Notes: generated by a model not told the origin, from the letters alone. A stretch of 64,000 nucleotides of DNA from Oscillospiraceae bacterium (GCA_015069185.1 SVJB01000008.1:3273-67272); one strand, 5' to 3'. Positions 10,411 to 21,509 are shown, counted from the stretch's first letter. A program made the numbers and translations.

Positions 10411-11823
10411 ATGGTATTTTCAGGATTGCCGTTTATTTTCGTTTTTCTTCCAATTTGCATATTGGCATATTTTGTCATGCCCAATCTTAAAGCAAAGAAT
10501 ATTGTTTTGCTGCTTGCGTCACTTTTTTTCTATGCAATAGGAGAACCGGTATGGGTTTTCTTGATGATATTATCTGCATTTATAAATTATGCGGCGGGAT
10601 TGATTATTGATAAGAGGCGGGGGACTGCATGCGCAAAGATAGCACTCATAGTTGCCGTTATTTCAGGTATTGCTTTTCTGGTTGCATTTAAGTATTTGGA
10701 TTTTATTATAGAAAATGTTAATACATTGCTTCCTTTTGCCAGATTACCGCTAACTAACATCGCACTTCCTATCGGAATATCTTTTTTTACATTTCAAACG
10801 ATGTCATATACAATTGATGTATATAAGAATGATGTCAAGGTACAGAAGAATTACTTTACCTTCTTATTGTTTGTTTCACTGTTTCCCCAGCTGATAGCAG
10901 GCCCCATTCTCAGATATTCTGATGTTGCACTGCAGCTTGAGAATAGAACTACAACTGTTTCAGGATTTTGTAAAGGTATTACAAGATTCTTGTGTGGATG
11001 CGGCAAGAAAGTGTTATTGGCAAATACTATAGGTGAGATATCTACCTTGATTTTCACCGGTGAATATATAGCAGAGGGTGTACCTGTTTTTGGTGTATGG
11101 GTTGGAGCTTTGTGCTTATCTCTGCAAATTTATTTTGATTTCTCGGGATATTCCGATATGGCGATCGGTCTTGGATATATGTTTGGCTTTGAATATGGTG
11201 AGAATTTTAATTATCCGTATATATCCAGATCAGTGACTGATTTCTGGCGCAGATGGCATATATCACTGGGCACTTTCTTTAGAGATTATGTGTACATACC
11301 GCTGGGCGGTAACCGTAAGCACCAGTTCTTTAATTTGCTTGTTGTATGGTCCTTGACAGGCTTGTGGCACGGTGCCAGTTGGAATTTTGTTATCTGGGGA
11401 CTGTATTATTTTGTTTTCCTCGTATTGGAGAAGTTCATCCTGAGGCGCAGATTGGAGAGGATACCGGTACTGAGTAATATTACTACATTACTTGTGGTTA
11501 TGGTGGGATGGACTATATTCTTCTTTGAAGATATTGGCCAATGCTTGGCAGCGCTTAGGAATATGTTTGGCCTCGGAAATGTACCTTTGTGGGATAATAC
11601 GCTAACCACGCCGATTGTCAATAATCTGATGATATTGATTATAGGAGTGATTGCGTGTATACCAATCGGGCGTATTGTAGGCAGACAAGTTGAATCGATA
11701 AAAGAAAGCAGACCGACTGTTTACTTTACGGCCAATATGGCATTTAACATAGTAATGTTATTCTTATGTACGGCTGCTTTGGTGGGTGCCAGCTATAATC
11801 CGTTCCTGTATTTCAGGTTCTAA
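10411..11823 (+). CDS. MBOAT-family membrane O-acyltransferase (AlgI/DltB/PatA-like)
   Basis: Polytopic membrane protein with FWRRWHISLGTFFRDYVYIPLGGNR and TGLWHGASWNFVIWG (the conserved MBOAT His). Confidence 0.85.
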   Translation: MVFSGLPFIFVFLPICILAYFVMPNLKAKNIVLLLASLFFYAIGEPVWVFLMILSAFINYAAGLIIDKRRGTACAKIALIVAVISGIAFLVAFKYLDFIIENVNTLLPFARLPLTNIALPIGISFFTFQTMSYTIDVYKNDVKVQKNYFTFLLFVSLFPQLIAGPILRYSDVALQLENRTTTVSGFCKGITRFLCGCGKKVLLANTIGEISTLIFTGEYIAEGVPVFGVWVGALCLSLQIYFDFSGYSDMAIGLGYMFGFEYGENFNYPYISRSVTDFWRRWHISLGTFFRDYVYIPLGGNRKHQFFNLLVVWSLTGLWHGASWNFVIWGLYYFVFLVLEKFILRRRLERIPVLSNITTLLVVMVGWTIFFFEDIGQCLAALRNMFGLGNVPLWDNTLTTPIVNNLMILIIGVIACIPIGRIVGRQVESIKESRPTVYFTANMAFNIVMLFLCTAALVGASYNPFLYFRF

Positions 11824-11841
11824 TATGATGAGGGGTAAGAT

Positions 11842-13344
11842 ATGAAAGATAAATCAAAACTTGTGAGAATATATGAAATATCAATAATTGCCGTTTTCTT
11901 ACTGTTTATAATAGGATTTGGCGCGTACAGTCTGCTCGATGTGAATCCTACGGTTTCTGAAAAAGAACAAAGAACATTGAAGCAATTTCCTAAGTTTTCA
12001 TTAGAATCATACTTTGACGGTAGCTTTATGCAGGACGCTCAGGATGCCTATACAGATACATTTCCTTTTCGTGATTTTTTTGTTACTGCCAACTCTAATG
12101 TAAGACAATTAATTACTGTGAAAATGAATGGAGAGGTCTTTGTTGGTACCAATGGAAATGACGGTACAGAAGCAGATAATGAGGATAGTCCATGGGATGA
12201 TGAGAACATTGTTGTAGAAAAACCTGATGAGGGTTATGACTGGGATCAGTCGGGAAATATAACTTTTGCGCCGACGCAGACTCCGAATATAACTGTAGAG
12301 CCAACTCCGGGTTGGGAATCAACACCGGGATCAACTGCTGTATCAACCCCAACCCCGACGCAGGTTACGACGCCGACTCCTACACCGAAGCCGACTCCTA
12401 CACCGAAGCCGACTGCTACGGCTGTGGCACCCACTGCGGCTCCTAACGGTGGCGGTACTGCTACAAACGGTGTACTGATACAAGGTAATCGTGGCATGGA
12501 AGTTTTCAACGGATATCAAACTAATGCAGATAAATATATTGAATTTATTAATGACTTAAGCGCACTATTCCCGGATAAGAATATTGTGTCCTTGACTGTC
12601 CCGACGTCAATGTACATCTATGGCCCGGATAAATATACTCAGGGAGTACAGGATCAGAAGGCTTGGATTGATTATATAGCACAAAGGCTTGATTCGGCTA
12701 TTACTCCTGACATATATAGTGCTATGGTGGAGCACAAAGATGAGTACATTTATTACCGTACTGACCATCATTGGACTGTAGATGGTGCATATTATGCTTA
12801 CAAACAGGCGGTAACAGCTCTTGGATACGAAGCTGTAGACAGAGACGCGCTTGAATCTAATGTACTGAATAACTTTTTGGGAAGTCTGTATTCCAGCACA
12901 AATAGTTCCATACTTAAAGAGAACCCCGATTTTGTGAAATATTATATTCCTTCTGTGCAAACCAATTGTATTGCGCATTACAACAGAAGTGATTTATCAA
13001 AGACAAAGGAAATAAAAGTTGTTACCAATACATCAGACAGTAATAAATATAAGGCATTTATTGCCGGAGATAATCCGCTGACAATTATCACAACTAACGC
13101 TGGAACAGGCAAGAGCGCAATTGTTATTAAAAATTCTTATGCTAATGCGCTGGTTTCATTCCTTGTCCATAATTATGATAATATATATGTTATTGATCCC
13201 AGACATGTAAATACAACACTTGAGAACGGTCTTAATTTAGAAAAGTATATTAGTAACAAGCATGTTGATGATATTTTTGTTTGCCTGCACATGAATCATG
13301 TAATGTCAGGTACAATACAAAAGTGTTTGGCGCGTCTTATATGA
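11842..13344 (+). CDS. DHHW-family protein (AlgJ/AlgX-like partner of MBOAT) with PT-rich linker
   Basis: N-terminal TM anchor, a PT linker (TPTPTQVTTPTPTPKPTPTPKPTATA) and the name-giving motif YRTDHHWTVDGAYYAY. Confidence 0.8.
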   Translation: MKDKSKLVRIYEISIIAVFLLFIIGFGAYSLLDVNPTVSEKEQRTLKQFPKFSLESYFDGSFMQDAQDAYTDTFPFRDFFVTANSNVRQLITVKMNGEVFVGTNGNDGTEADNEDSPWDDENIVVEKPDEGYDWDQSGNITFAPTQTPNITVEPTPGWESTPGSTAVSTPTPTQVTTPTPTPKPTPTPKPTATAVAPTAAPNGGGTATNGVLIQGNRGMEVFNGYQTNADKYIEFINDLSALFPDKNIVSLTVPTSMYIYGPDKYTQGVQDQKAWIDYIAQRLDSAITPDIYSAMVEHKDEYIYYRTDHHWTVDGAYYAYKQAVTALGYEAVDRDALESNVLNNFLGSLYSSTNSSILKENPDFVKYYIPSVQTNCIAHYNRSDLSKTKEIKVVTNTSDSNKYKAFIAGDNPLTIITTNAGTGKSAIVIKNSYANALVSFLVHNYDNIYVIDPRHVNTTLENGLNLEKYISNKHVDDIFVCLHMNHVMSGTIQKCLARLI

Positions 13345-13359
13345 CAGGAGGAGATAAAT

Positions 13360-14121
13360 ATGGTTTTCAGGCCTTGCATAGATATACATGAAGGAAAGGT
13401 AAAACAAATAGTTGGTTCTACTTTAAACGATAATGGACATGCTGTTGAGAATTTTATATCTTCTCACGACAGTACATATTTTGCACGACTGTTCAGGCAA
13501 GATGCACTCAAGGGGGGACATATCATTATGTTGGGTAAGTCTCAGGCTAACAAAGAGCAGGCTATTGCTGCGCTTGCTGCATATCCTGGTGGTATGCAGG
13601 TAGGAGGCGGTATTACTGCCGATAATGCAGGCGAGTATATCGCTGCAGGCGCATCGCATGTAATTGTTACCTCATATGTATTTGATAAAACAGGGTATAA
13701 CGGTGAAAATTTACATCGCTTGCTTGATGTTGTAGGTAAGGATAAAATTGTACTTGACCTGAGTGCAAAAGAAATAAATGGCAAATATTTTATTGCTGCC
13801 GACAGATGGCAAACAATTACAGATATTGAGATAAATGTTGATTTTTTAAATAAATTTGCCGGAATGTGCGATGAGTATCTGGTACATGCGGTGAATAACG
13901 AGGGAAAGAAGCAAGGTATAGATGAGTCTCTTATTAGTTTGCTTGCAAAGTCTCCGATTCCTGTCACATATGCAGGGGGAATAGGAAATTATAGTGATAT
14001 TGAGAAAATAAATAAAATAGGACGCGGCCGTGTGGATTTTACAGTCGGCAGCGCCCTGGATATTTTTGGCGGTTATATGGAGTATGATTTGGTAAAGAAA
14101 TATAAGCAGGTCACAGAATAA
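13360..14121 (+). CDS. hisA: HisA/His6-type ProFAR isomerase-like (beta/alpha)8 protein
   Basis: The N-terminus FRPCIDIHEGKVKQIVGSTL closely resembles His6-type HisA enzymes, and GGGI and GGIG phosphate-binding loops are present. No other his genes lie in the window. Confidence 0.65.
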   Translation: MVFRPCIDIHEGKVKQIVGSTLNDNGHAVENFISSHDSTYFARLFRQDALKGGHIIMLGKSQANKEQAIAALAAYPGGMQVGGGITADNAGEYIAAGASHVIVTSYVFDKTGYNGENLHRLLDVVGKDKIVLDLSAKEINGKYFIAADRWQTITDIEINVDFLNKFAGMCDEYLVHAVNNEGKKQGIDESLISLLAKSPIPVTYAGGIGNYSDIEKINKIGRGRVDFTVGSALDIFGGYMEYDLVKKYKQVTE

Positions 14122-15589
14122 TACATACAAGGCCGCCAATGCCTTCGTTAATAACACGTTCAATAGTCTCTTGCAGCTTGAGCCTCTCACTGTCAGGGAC
14201 TTTATTTAATTTGTTTTGTAATCCTTCGCCCATAAGCTCATTTAAAGGTTTGCCAAAGAGATTTGACGACCAGATAGATGATGGGTTTCCTTCAAATTCT
14301 TTAAGTATGTAATCCACAAGCTCCTCGGATTGTTTCTCAGTGCCTACAAATGGTGCGATTTCCGTCTCTATGTCAGCCTTGATCATATGAATAGAAGGAG
14401 CTTTGGCTCTGAGCCTCACGCCAAAACGGCTACCTTGCTTTACAATCTCCGGCTCTTCTAATTGCATCTCACCTTGAGTTGGCATGACAATACCGTATCC
14501 CTTAAGCTCTACTTCCTTAAGGGCGCTTTCCAGGCGCTCATGCTCTCGCTTGATCCTGCCCAAATCGGAGATCATTGCGATTAATGCCTTGTCATCCGCA
14601 ATTTCCAGACCTGATTTTTCTGATAAAATCTTATAGAAAAGTTCATCTGCAACAAGAATATCAATAGAAGCACTACCGTCTCCTGCGTTAATTGAATTAA
14701 TGACGGCTTTTTTTACAAAAGCATAATTTTCTAACAGAGCGGAAGAGGTCTTTACGTTGCGTATTTTCTCTGCCAGCGTAAAAGACTCTACAATTGCATC
14801 TAACAAAGATGCTTTGAGTGAGTCTTCGTAGTCCAGACTGATGATCCAATCCGGTACATAAAAAGAAATCTCTCCAATAGGAAATTCGTAGAGAATTGTC
14901 TGCATAACATCTGTAATGTCGTCAATAGTCATGAGTGCGCAGTTGATAGGCAACACAGGCACGCTGTACTTATTTTCCAGCTCATGCTTGGTAGCGATGG
15001 CCGTCTCTGCCTCGGGATCTACACAGTTGAGAATAATAATATATGGCTTGCCGGTGGACTGCATCTCTTGTATGACGCGTTCTTCTGCATCCTGATAAGA
15101 ATCTCTTCGGATGTCTGTCACACTTCCATCTGTGGTAATAACAACACCGATAGTTGAATGCTCGTTGATTACCTTACGGGTGCCAATCTCAGCTGCTTCG
15201 CCGAAAGGAATCTTTTCTTCAAACCAAGGTGTTGATACCATACGCGGTACATCGTTCTCAAGATGTCCCAGCGCTTCTTCTACAAGATATCCAACACAGT
15301 CCACCAGTCTTACTTTCAGATTAATATGATCACCTATAGTAATATTTGCAGCCTCGTTTGGTATGAACTTTGGCTCAGTGGTCATAATTGTTTTGCCGGA
15401 CGCACTCTGAGGCAGCTCGTCAATCGCTCTGTCTCTTTCAAAATTGTCGGAAATATTTGGAATAACCAATAAATCCATAAATCGTTTGATAAATGTGGAT
15501 TTGCCTGTTCTTACAGGACCTACCACGCCAAGATAAATGTCACCTTTTGTCCTTTGCGCGATTTGTTGATAAATATCATATCTATCCAC
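14111..15589 (-). CDS. spoIVA: Stage IV sporulation protein A (spore coat morphogenetic ATPase)
   Basis: DIYLGVVGPVRTGKSTFIKRFM Walker A region. GTG 15589 preceded by GGGAGG gives 492 aa. The ORF-track start at 15616 is a GTG upstream of that RBS. Confidence 0.93.
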   Translation of the reverse strand: MDRYDIYQQIAQRTKGDIYLGVVGPVRTGKSTFIKRFMDLLVIPNISDNFERDRAIDELPQSASGKTIMTTEPKFIPNEAANITIGDHINLKVRLVDCVGYLVEEALGHLENDVPRMVSTPWFEEKIPFGEAAEIGTRKVINEHSTIGVVITTDGSVTDIRRDSYQDAEERVIQEMQSTGKPYIIILNCVDPEAETAIATKHELENKYSVPVLPINCALMTIDDITDVMQTILYEFPIGEISFYVPDWIISLDYEDSLKASLLDAIVESFTLAEKIRNVKTSSALLENYAFVKKAVINSINAGDGSASIDILVADELFYKILSEKSGLEIADDKALIAMISDLGRIKREHERLESALKEVELKGYGIVMPTQGEMQLEEPEIVKQGSRFGVRLRAKAPSIHMIKADIETEIAPFVGTEKQSEELVDYILKEFEGNPSSIWSSNLFGKPLNELMGEGLQNKLNKVPDSERLKLQETIERVINEGIGGLVCIIL

Positions 15590-15678
15590 CGATATACCTC
15601 CCTTGTATTTAAGCACATTTTGCAGTTTACAAGAAAATGTATATGAGTGGAATTCTTAAATATTCATAAAATTTTTAT

Positions 15679-16269
15679 TTAATCACGAGCAAGTAGCAAT
15701 GGCTGTAATTGGTAGCCTTGCATCGCCGCGTCAATGGTTTCGTTTACCTGAGAAAAGTCCGCTAACAGTGAAAAGGGCTTTCTCATGTAATCGTCCTGAT
15801 AAAACGGAACAAAGTAATAATTCTTCATTGACAGCAGTAGTCCTATGTTTTTTGCATTACCGGATAATGCATCGTTTGTTGATACCGCAATAACGATAGG
15901 TCTGTTGTTACGTAGATGAGATTTACAAGCCATACATACAGGAGTATCTGTTATAGAGTTTGCCAGCTTAGATATTGTATTTCCTGTGGCAGGGATCACA
16001 ACCACTACATCAAGTAATTTCTTGGGACCTATAGGCTCTGCATCTTTGATGGTACATATTGGTGCATGGCCGGAAATTCTCATAAGTGTGTCGTACAAGT
16101 CTTCTTTTGTCATGAAACGTGTAGACATTTCCGAACTGTTATATGACAGAATAGGGTACACATCCGCTCCTTCCTTTACAAGATTATCCAGTACAGCTGC
16201 CAGTTGCCTGTGCATGCAAAATGATCCTGTGACAGCCAAACCGATACGTAGACCTTTTAGACTATCCAT
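15679..16269 (-). CDS. dpaB: Dipicolinate synthase subunit B (flavoprotein)
   Basis: GLRIGLAVTGSFC N-terminus, about 196 aa, immediately downstream of dpaA. Confidence 0.88.
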   Translation of the reverse strand: MDSLKGLRIGLAVTGSFCMHRQLAAVLDNLVKEGADVYPILSYNSSEMSTRFMTKEDLYDTLMRISGHAPICTIKDAEPIGPKKLLDVVVVIPATGNTISKLANSITDTPVCMACKSHLRNNRPIVIAVSTNDALSGNAKNIGLLLSMKNYYFVPFYQDDYMRKPFSLLADFSQVNETIDAAMQGYQLQPLLLARD

Positions 16270-16274
16270 TCTTT

Positions 16275-17132
16275 TCAGCTCCTTTCATCTATGATATGTT
16301 CGATAACCTTGTATAATATGTTTGCTGCTGTTATTGGAGCTACTTTACCGGGGAGGGATAGGGCATGAATTATTTTGATTCCATTTTCTTTGGCATAATC
16401 AAAATCACACCCTCCGGGTTTTGATGCCAGATCAATTATCAAACAGTCACGTCTAACGTGTGACAATCTTGTACTGTCTAGTACTATTGCAGGTACTGTG
16501 TTGAAAATCACATCCATATTTTGTATGATACTATCTACTTTTTTATAATCAGTACTGTAAAGATTATTTACTTCACATAATGCGAAATCTACACTTTTTC
16601 TCGCACATACATATGTGTTAGCACCTAGCGCATGAAGTTTGCCGGCTAGTGTTTTACCCGTCTTGCCGTAGCCAAGCACCAGGGCATTTACTCCGTGTAT
16701 GGTAATAGGTAACTCTTCCATAGCTATTTGTATTGCGCCCTCTGCTGTGGGAATACTGTTGAGAATACTCATTTCATCTCTGTCCAGGTAGTCATATACT
16801 GCAATATCATTTTCTATAAGTTTTTCTGTGAAATTTACAGGGATTTTGCCTGCTATCAGAACTTTATTACCGGTGAAAACATCAATCAAGTCATTTAACT
16901 TTACAGTATCTTTTGATAAAGGCATGTGCAAATTTTCACCATCTATAGTAAAAGGCAGGGGACCGACTATATAATCATAACTGTTAATAGCTTCTTTTAT
17001 CTTTACAATAATAGGAGTCTGATTTTCCGAATCATTTCCAAGTCCTGACATTTGTACATTATGTCCTGCGTGCGCCAGGCACTGTGCCAGCATTATATTT
17101 CTTGAGTCACCGCCTAAAATTAGAAATCTCAC
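16275..17132 (-). CDS. dpaA: Dipicolinate synthase subunit A
   Basis: ILGGDSR N-terminus and an NAD-binding GYGKTGK loop; operon with dpaB. Confidence 0.88.
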   Translation of the reverse strand: MRFLILGGDSRNIMLAQCLAHAGHNVQMSGLGNDSENQTPIIVKIKEAINSYDYIVGPLPFTIDGENLHMPLSKDTVKLNDLIDVFTGNKVLIAGKIPVNFTEKLIENDIAVYDYLDRDEMSILNSIPTAEGAIQIAMEELPITIHGVNALVLGYGKTGKTLAGKLHALGANTYVCARKSVDFALCEVNNLYSTDYKKVDSIIQNMDVIFNTVPAIVLDSTRLSHVRRDCLIIDLASKPGGCDFDYAKENGIKIIHALSLPGKVAPITAANILYKVIEHIIDERS

Positions 17133-17252
17133 TGTTATATATCTCCGTAAATACCTTTACGTGTATATAATATGAGGCGCCTAGGAATACGGTGACAAAA
17201 TGTTGAAGATATTTTTTTATAGGTGTATACTTACATGACGGAGGATGAGTTT

Positions 17253-17669
17253 ATGAGAAAACTTTTATATAAATTACAATGTTTTATGAGCGGCAGAAAT
17301 GGCACGGATGGTTTGAATCTTTTCCTGATGATTATGTATTTGGTTCTTGTGGTAACATCTGCTTTTATACCTAATGCGATCGCTCATTTTATATTATCCG
17401 GGATAGCATTGTCTTTGATTGCTTGGCAATTTTATAGAACTTTCTCACGAAATATATATAAAAGACGACGTGAGAATGCTGCGTTTATGAGTGTGATTTA
17501 CAGGATCAAAGGATTCTTTACATTAAGAAAACGCAAATGGAAGGAAAGAAAAACTCATAAATATAAGAAGTGCCCCGCATGCAGGGCACAACTCAGATTA
17601 CCTAAGAAGAATTGTAAGATTCAGGTTACATGTCCAAAATGTGGTAAACGTTTTACGATGAAGGTATGA
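17253..17669 (+). CDS. Small membrane protein with C-terminal zinc ribbon, unknown function
   Basis: Two hydrophobic helices, then CPACRAQL...CPKCGKRF. ATG 17253 lies 7 nt after GGAGG; the track start is GTG 17223. Confidence 0.5.
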   Translation: MRKLLYKLQCFMSGRNGTDGLNLFLMIMYLVLVVTSAFIPNAIAHFILSGIALSLIAWQFYRTFSRNIYKRRRENAAFMSVIYRIKGFFTLRKRKWKERKTHKYKKCPACRAQLRLPKKNCKIQVTCPKCGKRFTMKV

Positions 17670-17870
17670 TCACACATCAGAATATCCTTCGCTGATAAAT
17701 GAGCCTTCAAGAACACTGATGTTGTTAATAAAATTATAAGTAAAACTGACAATAATTTTTTTGCTAAAGTGGTCATTCTCTCCTCCTAAAACATATGCTA
17801 TGGTGTATTTTAATAAGAAAAAATGTGATGTGTCAATGGATTTTCACGTAAATATTGGTGAAAATGTTAA

Positions 17871-17899
17871 TTGCATTGTTACCACCCGTATGATATACT
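17871..17899 (+). promoter_or_regulatory. SigA-type promoter for ftsK
   Basis: TTGCAT (17871-17876), 17-nt spacer ending in TGA, then TATACT (17894-17899). It lies inside the ORF-track N-terminal extension. Confidence 0.5.
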
Positions 17900-17931
17900 T
17901 TAACATGTATGTAAAGGGGTGTTTACTGAAG

Positions 17932-20670
17932 ATGAAGAATATTTTTAAAAACTTTTTTGTCAACCACATGTACGCAATGATGATTGTACTTATATTTGCT
18001 TTAATGATGAAGCTTATTATAGATACAAACATTATCCTGGCGTTTGTTATCTTGTTTTTCGCATATCTGATCCTTACCTTCGCAGCTGAGTTTGTATTAT
18101 CTATCATAGAAGATAAGAGGTCTGCTAAGAAAGGTAATAAGGCAGAGAAGACAACACAGTCAGTAAACAAACCGGCTGAGAAGAAGATTGAGAAGTCGGA
18201 TTCATCTTCTACTTTAAGATATAGCTCCAGAGAGCATACCGCAAACAACCGCCCTTCTGAAAAGAGTGATGTGGCTCCACAAGAGCCTTCATCTCGTATT
18301 TCATATAATACACAACCCCGCAAGACGAGCTCTATTTATGGAAATAATAAAGCAACTGATAATAAGGAAGAAAATAGAAAGTCATATACAGGCTCTTATA
18401 CAAAAACATATACATCTTCATATACATCAAAATCTATTCCCGACTTTGAGGATAAGAATACACCACCTAAGGGAACGCCGGCTACATCACAAGCTACGAG
18501 ACAGTATTCTGTACCGGTAGCTCCACCTGTAGGATATGATGAGAAAACCGCTGAGAATATTCAGAATATATACAATAAGAATAAAGCAAGGAATATGTCG
18601 GAAAAGAATATAAAGGAGGAGCAGGAACAGAAGGTTGCTCCTGTAAAGACAGCAGAGGAGACAGGTATATATAAAGATGTTGAGTCTGCCACTCCTGATG
18701 ATATTGATGAGTATTCAGTCAATCTGTCACTTGAGATAGATAAGAGAATCTCGGAGTCAAGAGATTCAAGACCTGCACGCAGACGTCGTGTGTTTGGAGA
18801 GGTACCATCGGATAATGTTGCTTCGGCAACTCCTGCACCGCAAAGATCCACTACTCCTGTAAAACAAGTGTCAGCGTCAGAAGTACCTCAATCGCAGGTA
18901 CCGGATTTTGAACCAGCGCCTATTGATGATGATGTAGCTCCGATTGAGAAATCTGATATAGCACAAGATTTCAGGCCCGCTTCAGTATTTGGATCGCCTT
19001 CTGAACCGACAAGGTCACAGGCTTCTGTTCCGACACCTGCTACAACGCGTTTTGTACGAAGACGATATGACGATCAGGTAAAAGCAAATCCTGCAAATCT
19101 TGATAAGTTATTCGGTCCTTCAAACAACAACGCATCTGACGATGTTTCAAAAAAAAAAATAACTAAGAAATCTCAAAAGTATATTAAACCTGATGTAGAA
19201 TTACTACAACAGGCCAGACTTGGCAAGGGTGTTGATGTTGAGGCTCTTGAACAGGAACAAAACCATAGGGCAAAGCGTCTTATAGATACTCTGTCCAGCT
19301 TTGGTGTGGGCGCTAAGATTGTAGGCATTATGCGTGGTCCCGCTGTGACTCGTTATGAGATACAACCCAATCCGGGTGTAAAGGTAAGTAAGATTGTATC
19401 ATTATCAGATGATATTGCATTGAATCTTGCTGCTGCGGGTGTACGTATGGAAGCTCCTATACCCGGTAAAGAAGCCGTAGGTATTGAGGTACCAAATAAA
19501 ACGATTGAGATGGTATACTTGCGTGATGTCATTGATAGTAGTGAGTTCAAAGAATTAAAGTCGAATTTATCTTTTGCTATAGGTAAAGATATTGCCGGTA
19601 AGAATATTGTAGCAGATATTGGTAAGATGCCTCATTTGCTGATTGCAGGTGCTACCGGTTCCGGCAAGAGCGTATGTATCAATACTATCATTGCCAGCTT
19701 ATTATATAAATCAGGGCCGAATGATGTTAAGCTTATTTTAGTTGATCCTAAGATTGTAGAGCTGGGGGTATATAACGGAATACCACATTTGCTTGTACCG
19801 GTTGTAACTGATCCTCGTAAAGCTGCCGGTGCTCTGGCCTGGGCGGTAGGAGAGATGGAGGCAAGATATACAGCCTTTTCACAGCATGGTGTACGTGATT
19901 TGAATTCATATAATGAATTGGCTAAGAAAGACCGTAGTATACAACATATGCCTCAAATTGTTATTGTTATTGACGAACTTGCAGACTTAATGATGACAGC
20001 TGCAAAGGAAATAGAAGATTCCATTATCAGGTTGGCACAGAAGGCCAGAGCCGCAGGTGTTCATTTGATAATCGCTACACAGAGACCTTCTGTTGATGTA
20101 ATCACAGGCTTGATTAAGGCGAATATACCGTCAAGAATTGCATTTGCTGTTACTTCTCAGGTGGATTCACGTACTATCCTGGATGGTGGCGGTGCAGAGA
20201 AATTACTGGGTAGAGGTGATATGCTGTTTCATCCTATCGGCAGACAGAAGCCACTTAGAGTACAGGGAGCCTTTGTATCTGATGGAGAGATTGAACGACT
20301 GGTAAGTTTTGTTAAGGAATCCTGGGGTACAGTTACATATGATGAGAGCATTGAACAATCAATTGAGCAAGAGGCCAATAGACGCAAGGGAGCAGGAGCC
20401 GGACACGGTGGTAATAGCGATAGCTCAGATGATGACATGGATACAGACGTGGATAGTGACAGTGATCTCATCGAACAGGCAGCCCAGATTGCATTTGAAT
20501 ATAATCAGATAAGTGCTTCCTTCTTGCAAAGAAAACTTCGCTTGGGATATTCACGGGCCTCCAGAATAATTGATACATTAGAGGAACGAGGCTTAATATC
20601 ATCCGCAGACGGTAGCAAGCCTCGCCGTATAATCATGACTGAAGACCAATGGAGACAGTCGCAAGACTGA
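17932..20670 (+). CDS. ftsK: FtsK/SpoIIIE DNA translocase
   Basis: N-terminal TM helices and a long S/T/P/Y-rich linker. The motor domain has GATGSGKSV and [11 protein letters not shown], and a C-terminal gamma wHTH is present ([24 protein letters not shown]). Start is taken at ATG 17932, downstream of the promoter-like site. Confidence 0.9.
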   Translation: MKNIFKNFFVNHMYAMMIVLIFALMMKLIIDTNIILAFVILFFAYLILTFAAEFVLSIIEDKRSAKKGNKAEKTTQSVNKPAEKKIEKSDSSSTLRYSSREHTANNRPSEKSDVAPQEPSSRISYNTQPRKTSSIYGNNKATDNKEENRKSYTGSYTKTYTSSYTSKSIPDFEDKNTPPKGTPATSQATRQYSVPVAPPVGYDEKTAENIQNIYNKNKARNMSEKNIKEEQEQKVAPVKTAEETGIYKDVESATPDDIDEYSVNLSLEIDKRISESRDSRPARRRRVFGEVPSDNVASATPAPQRSTTPVKQVSASEVPQSQVPDFEPAPIDDDVAPIEKSDIAQDFRPASVFGSPSEPTRSQASVPTPATTRFVRRRYDDQVKANPANLDKLFGPSNNNASDDVSKKKITKKSQKYIKPDVELLQQARLGKGVDVEALEQEQNHRAKRLIDTLSSFGVGAKIVGIMRGPAVTRYEIQPNPGVKVSKIVSLSDDIALNLAAAGVRMEAPIPGKEAVGIEVPNKTIEMVYLRDVIDSSEFKELKSNLSFAIGKDIAGKNIVADIGKMPHLLIAGATGSGKSVCINTIIASLLYKSGPNDVKLILVDPKIVELGVYNGIPHLLVPVVTDPRKAAGALAWAVGEMEARYTAFSQHGVRDLNSYNELAKKDRSIQHMPQIVIVIDELADLMMTAAKEIEDSIIRLAQKARAAGVHLIIATQRPSVDVITGLIKANIPSRIAFAVTSQVDSRTILDGGGAEKLLGRGDMLFHPIGRQKPLRVQGAFVSDGEIERLVSFVKESWGTVTYDESIEQSIEQEANRRKGAGAGHGGNSDSSDDDMDTDVDSDSDLIEQAAQIAFEYNQISASFLQRKLRLGYSRASRIIDTLEERGLISSADGSKPRRIIMTEDQWRQSQD

Positions 20671-20673
20671 TAA

Positions 20674-21252
20674 TTACAGAATTAAATATTTTCTGTTACT
20701 CTGAAGTCTTTTAACAATTTCCATAGCTTCACCGAACCGCTGAAAATGCACTATCTCACGTGCTCTTAAGAATCTCAGCGGTTCTTTTACATCCGGATCA
20801 TCTGTAAGATCTATAAGATATTCGTACATTTTCTTAGCCTTTTGCTCGGCCGCAAGATCTTCTGTCAGATCTGTAATAGCATCTCCTTTTGATTGCAGAT
20901 AAGCTGCAGTAAAAGGTACTCCGTTTGCATCTTGCGGATATACACCAAGACCATGTTCTACATATGCGCTGTCATATCCTGCCTCTTTGAGCATCTGACA
21001 GTCAGCTCCGTCAAGAAGTTGATGACAGATTGTACCTACCATCTCAAGGTGTCCAAGCTCCTCGCTGCCTATATCATTTGCGATAGCTTTTGTAGTATCA
21101 TTTGGCATACTGAATCGCTGGCTTAAATATCTTACAGCAGCACCCAATTCGCCATCTGCGCCGCCATAAGCGGTGATAATAAGTCTAGCCATACGAGGGT
21201 CGGGGTTCTTAATATTAATAGGATATTGAAGTTTCTTTTCGTATAACCACAT
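20674..21252 (-). CDS. cotJC: Spore coat protein CotJC (Mn-catalase family)
   Basis: Ferritin-like Mn-catalase motifs (ELGHLEM, REIVHFQRF); last gene of a cotJA-cotJB-cotJC string. Confidence 0.85.
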   Translation of the reverse strand: MWLYEKKLQYPINIKNPDPRMARLIITAYGGADGELGAAVRYLSQRFSMPNDTTKAIANDIGSEELGHLEMVGTICHQLLDGADCQMLKEAGYDSAYVEHGLGVYPQDANGVPFTAAYLQSKGDAITDLTEDLAAEQKAKKMYEYLIDLTDDPDVKEPLRFLRAREIVHFQRFGEAMEIVKRLQSNRKYLIL

Positions 21253-21254
21253 AC

Positions 21255-21509
21255 TTATACCTCCTTCTTATTCCATGGCCAGGGACATTCAATCCAATCC
21301 CAAGTATGCTCAGAACCTGTATACATTTCGGCAATTAACGGACCATACATTGATTGATAAGTGTCAAAGAGCTCTTTACCCTTTGTTGCTATTTTATTGA
21401 AAAGCTCAATAGATTTTTCATCGTCAGGATGAGTATTCAAATACAGCTTAAGATCATTCAATGCAAAATCAAGTGCCATTATTTCACGCATCAAAGTTTC
21501 TTTATTCAT
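21255..21509 (-). CDS. cotJB: Spore coat protein CotJB
   Basis: 84 aa with LMREIMALDFALNDLKLYLNTHPDD; sits between cotJA and cotJC. Confidence 0.85.
   Translation of the reverse strand: MNKETLMREIMALDFALNDLKLYLNTHPDDEKSIELFNKIATKGKELFDTYQSMYGPLIAEMYTGSEHTWDWIECPWPWNKKEV

Noticed and set aside
17761-17931. 57-codon N-terminal extension of FtsK given by the ORF track (TTG start at 17761).
   Set aside because: A TTGCAT-17-TATACT promoter lies inside it (17871-17899), and the extension has no FtsK-like sequence. ATG 17932 begins the hydrophobic N-terminal domain.
20674-21252. Mn-catalase-family gene as a vegetative oxidative-stress catalase.
   Set aside because: It is the third gene of a cotJA-cotJB-cotJC string in a sporulation-rich neighbourhood, so CotJC (spore coat) is the better call.
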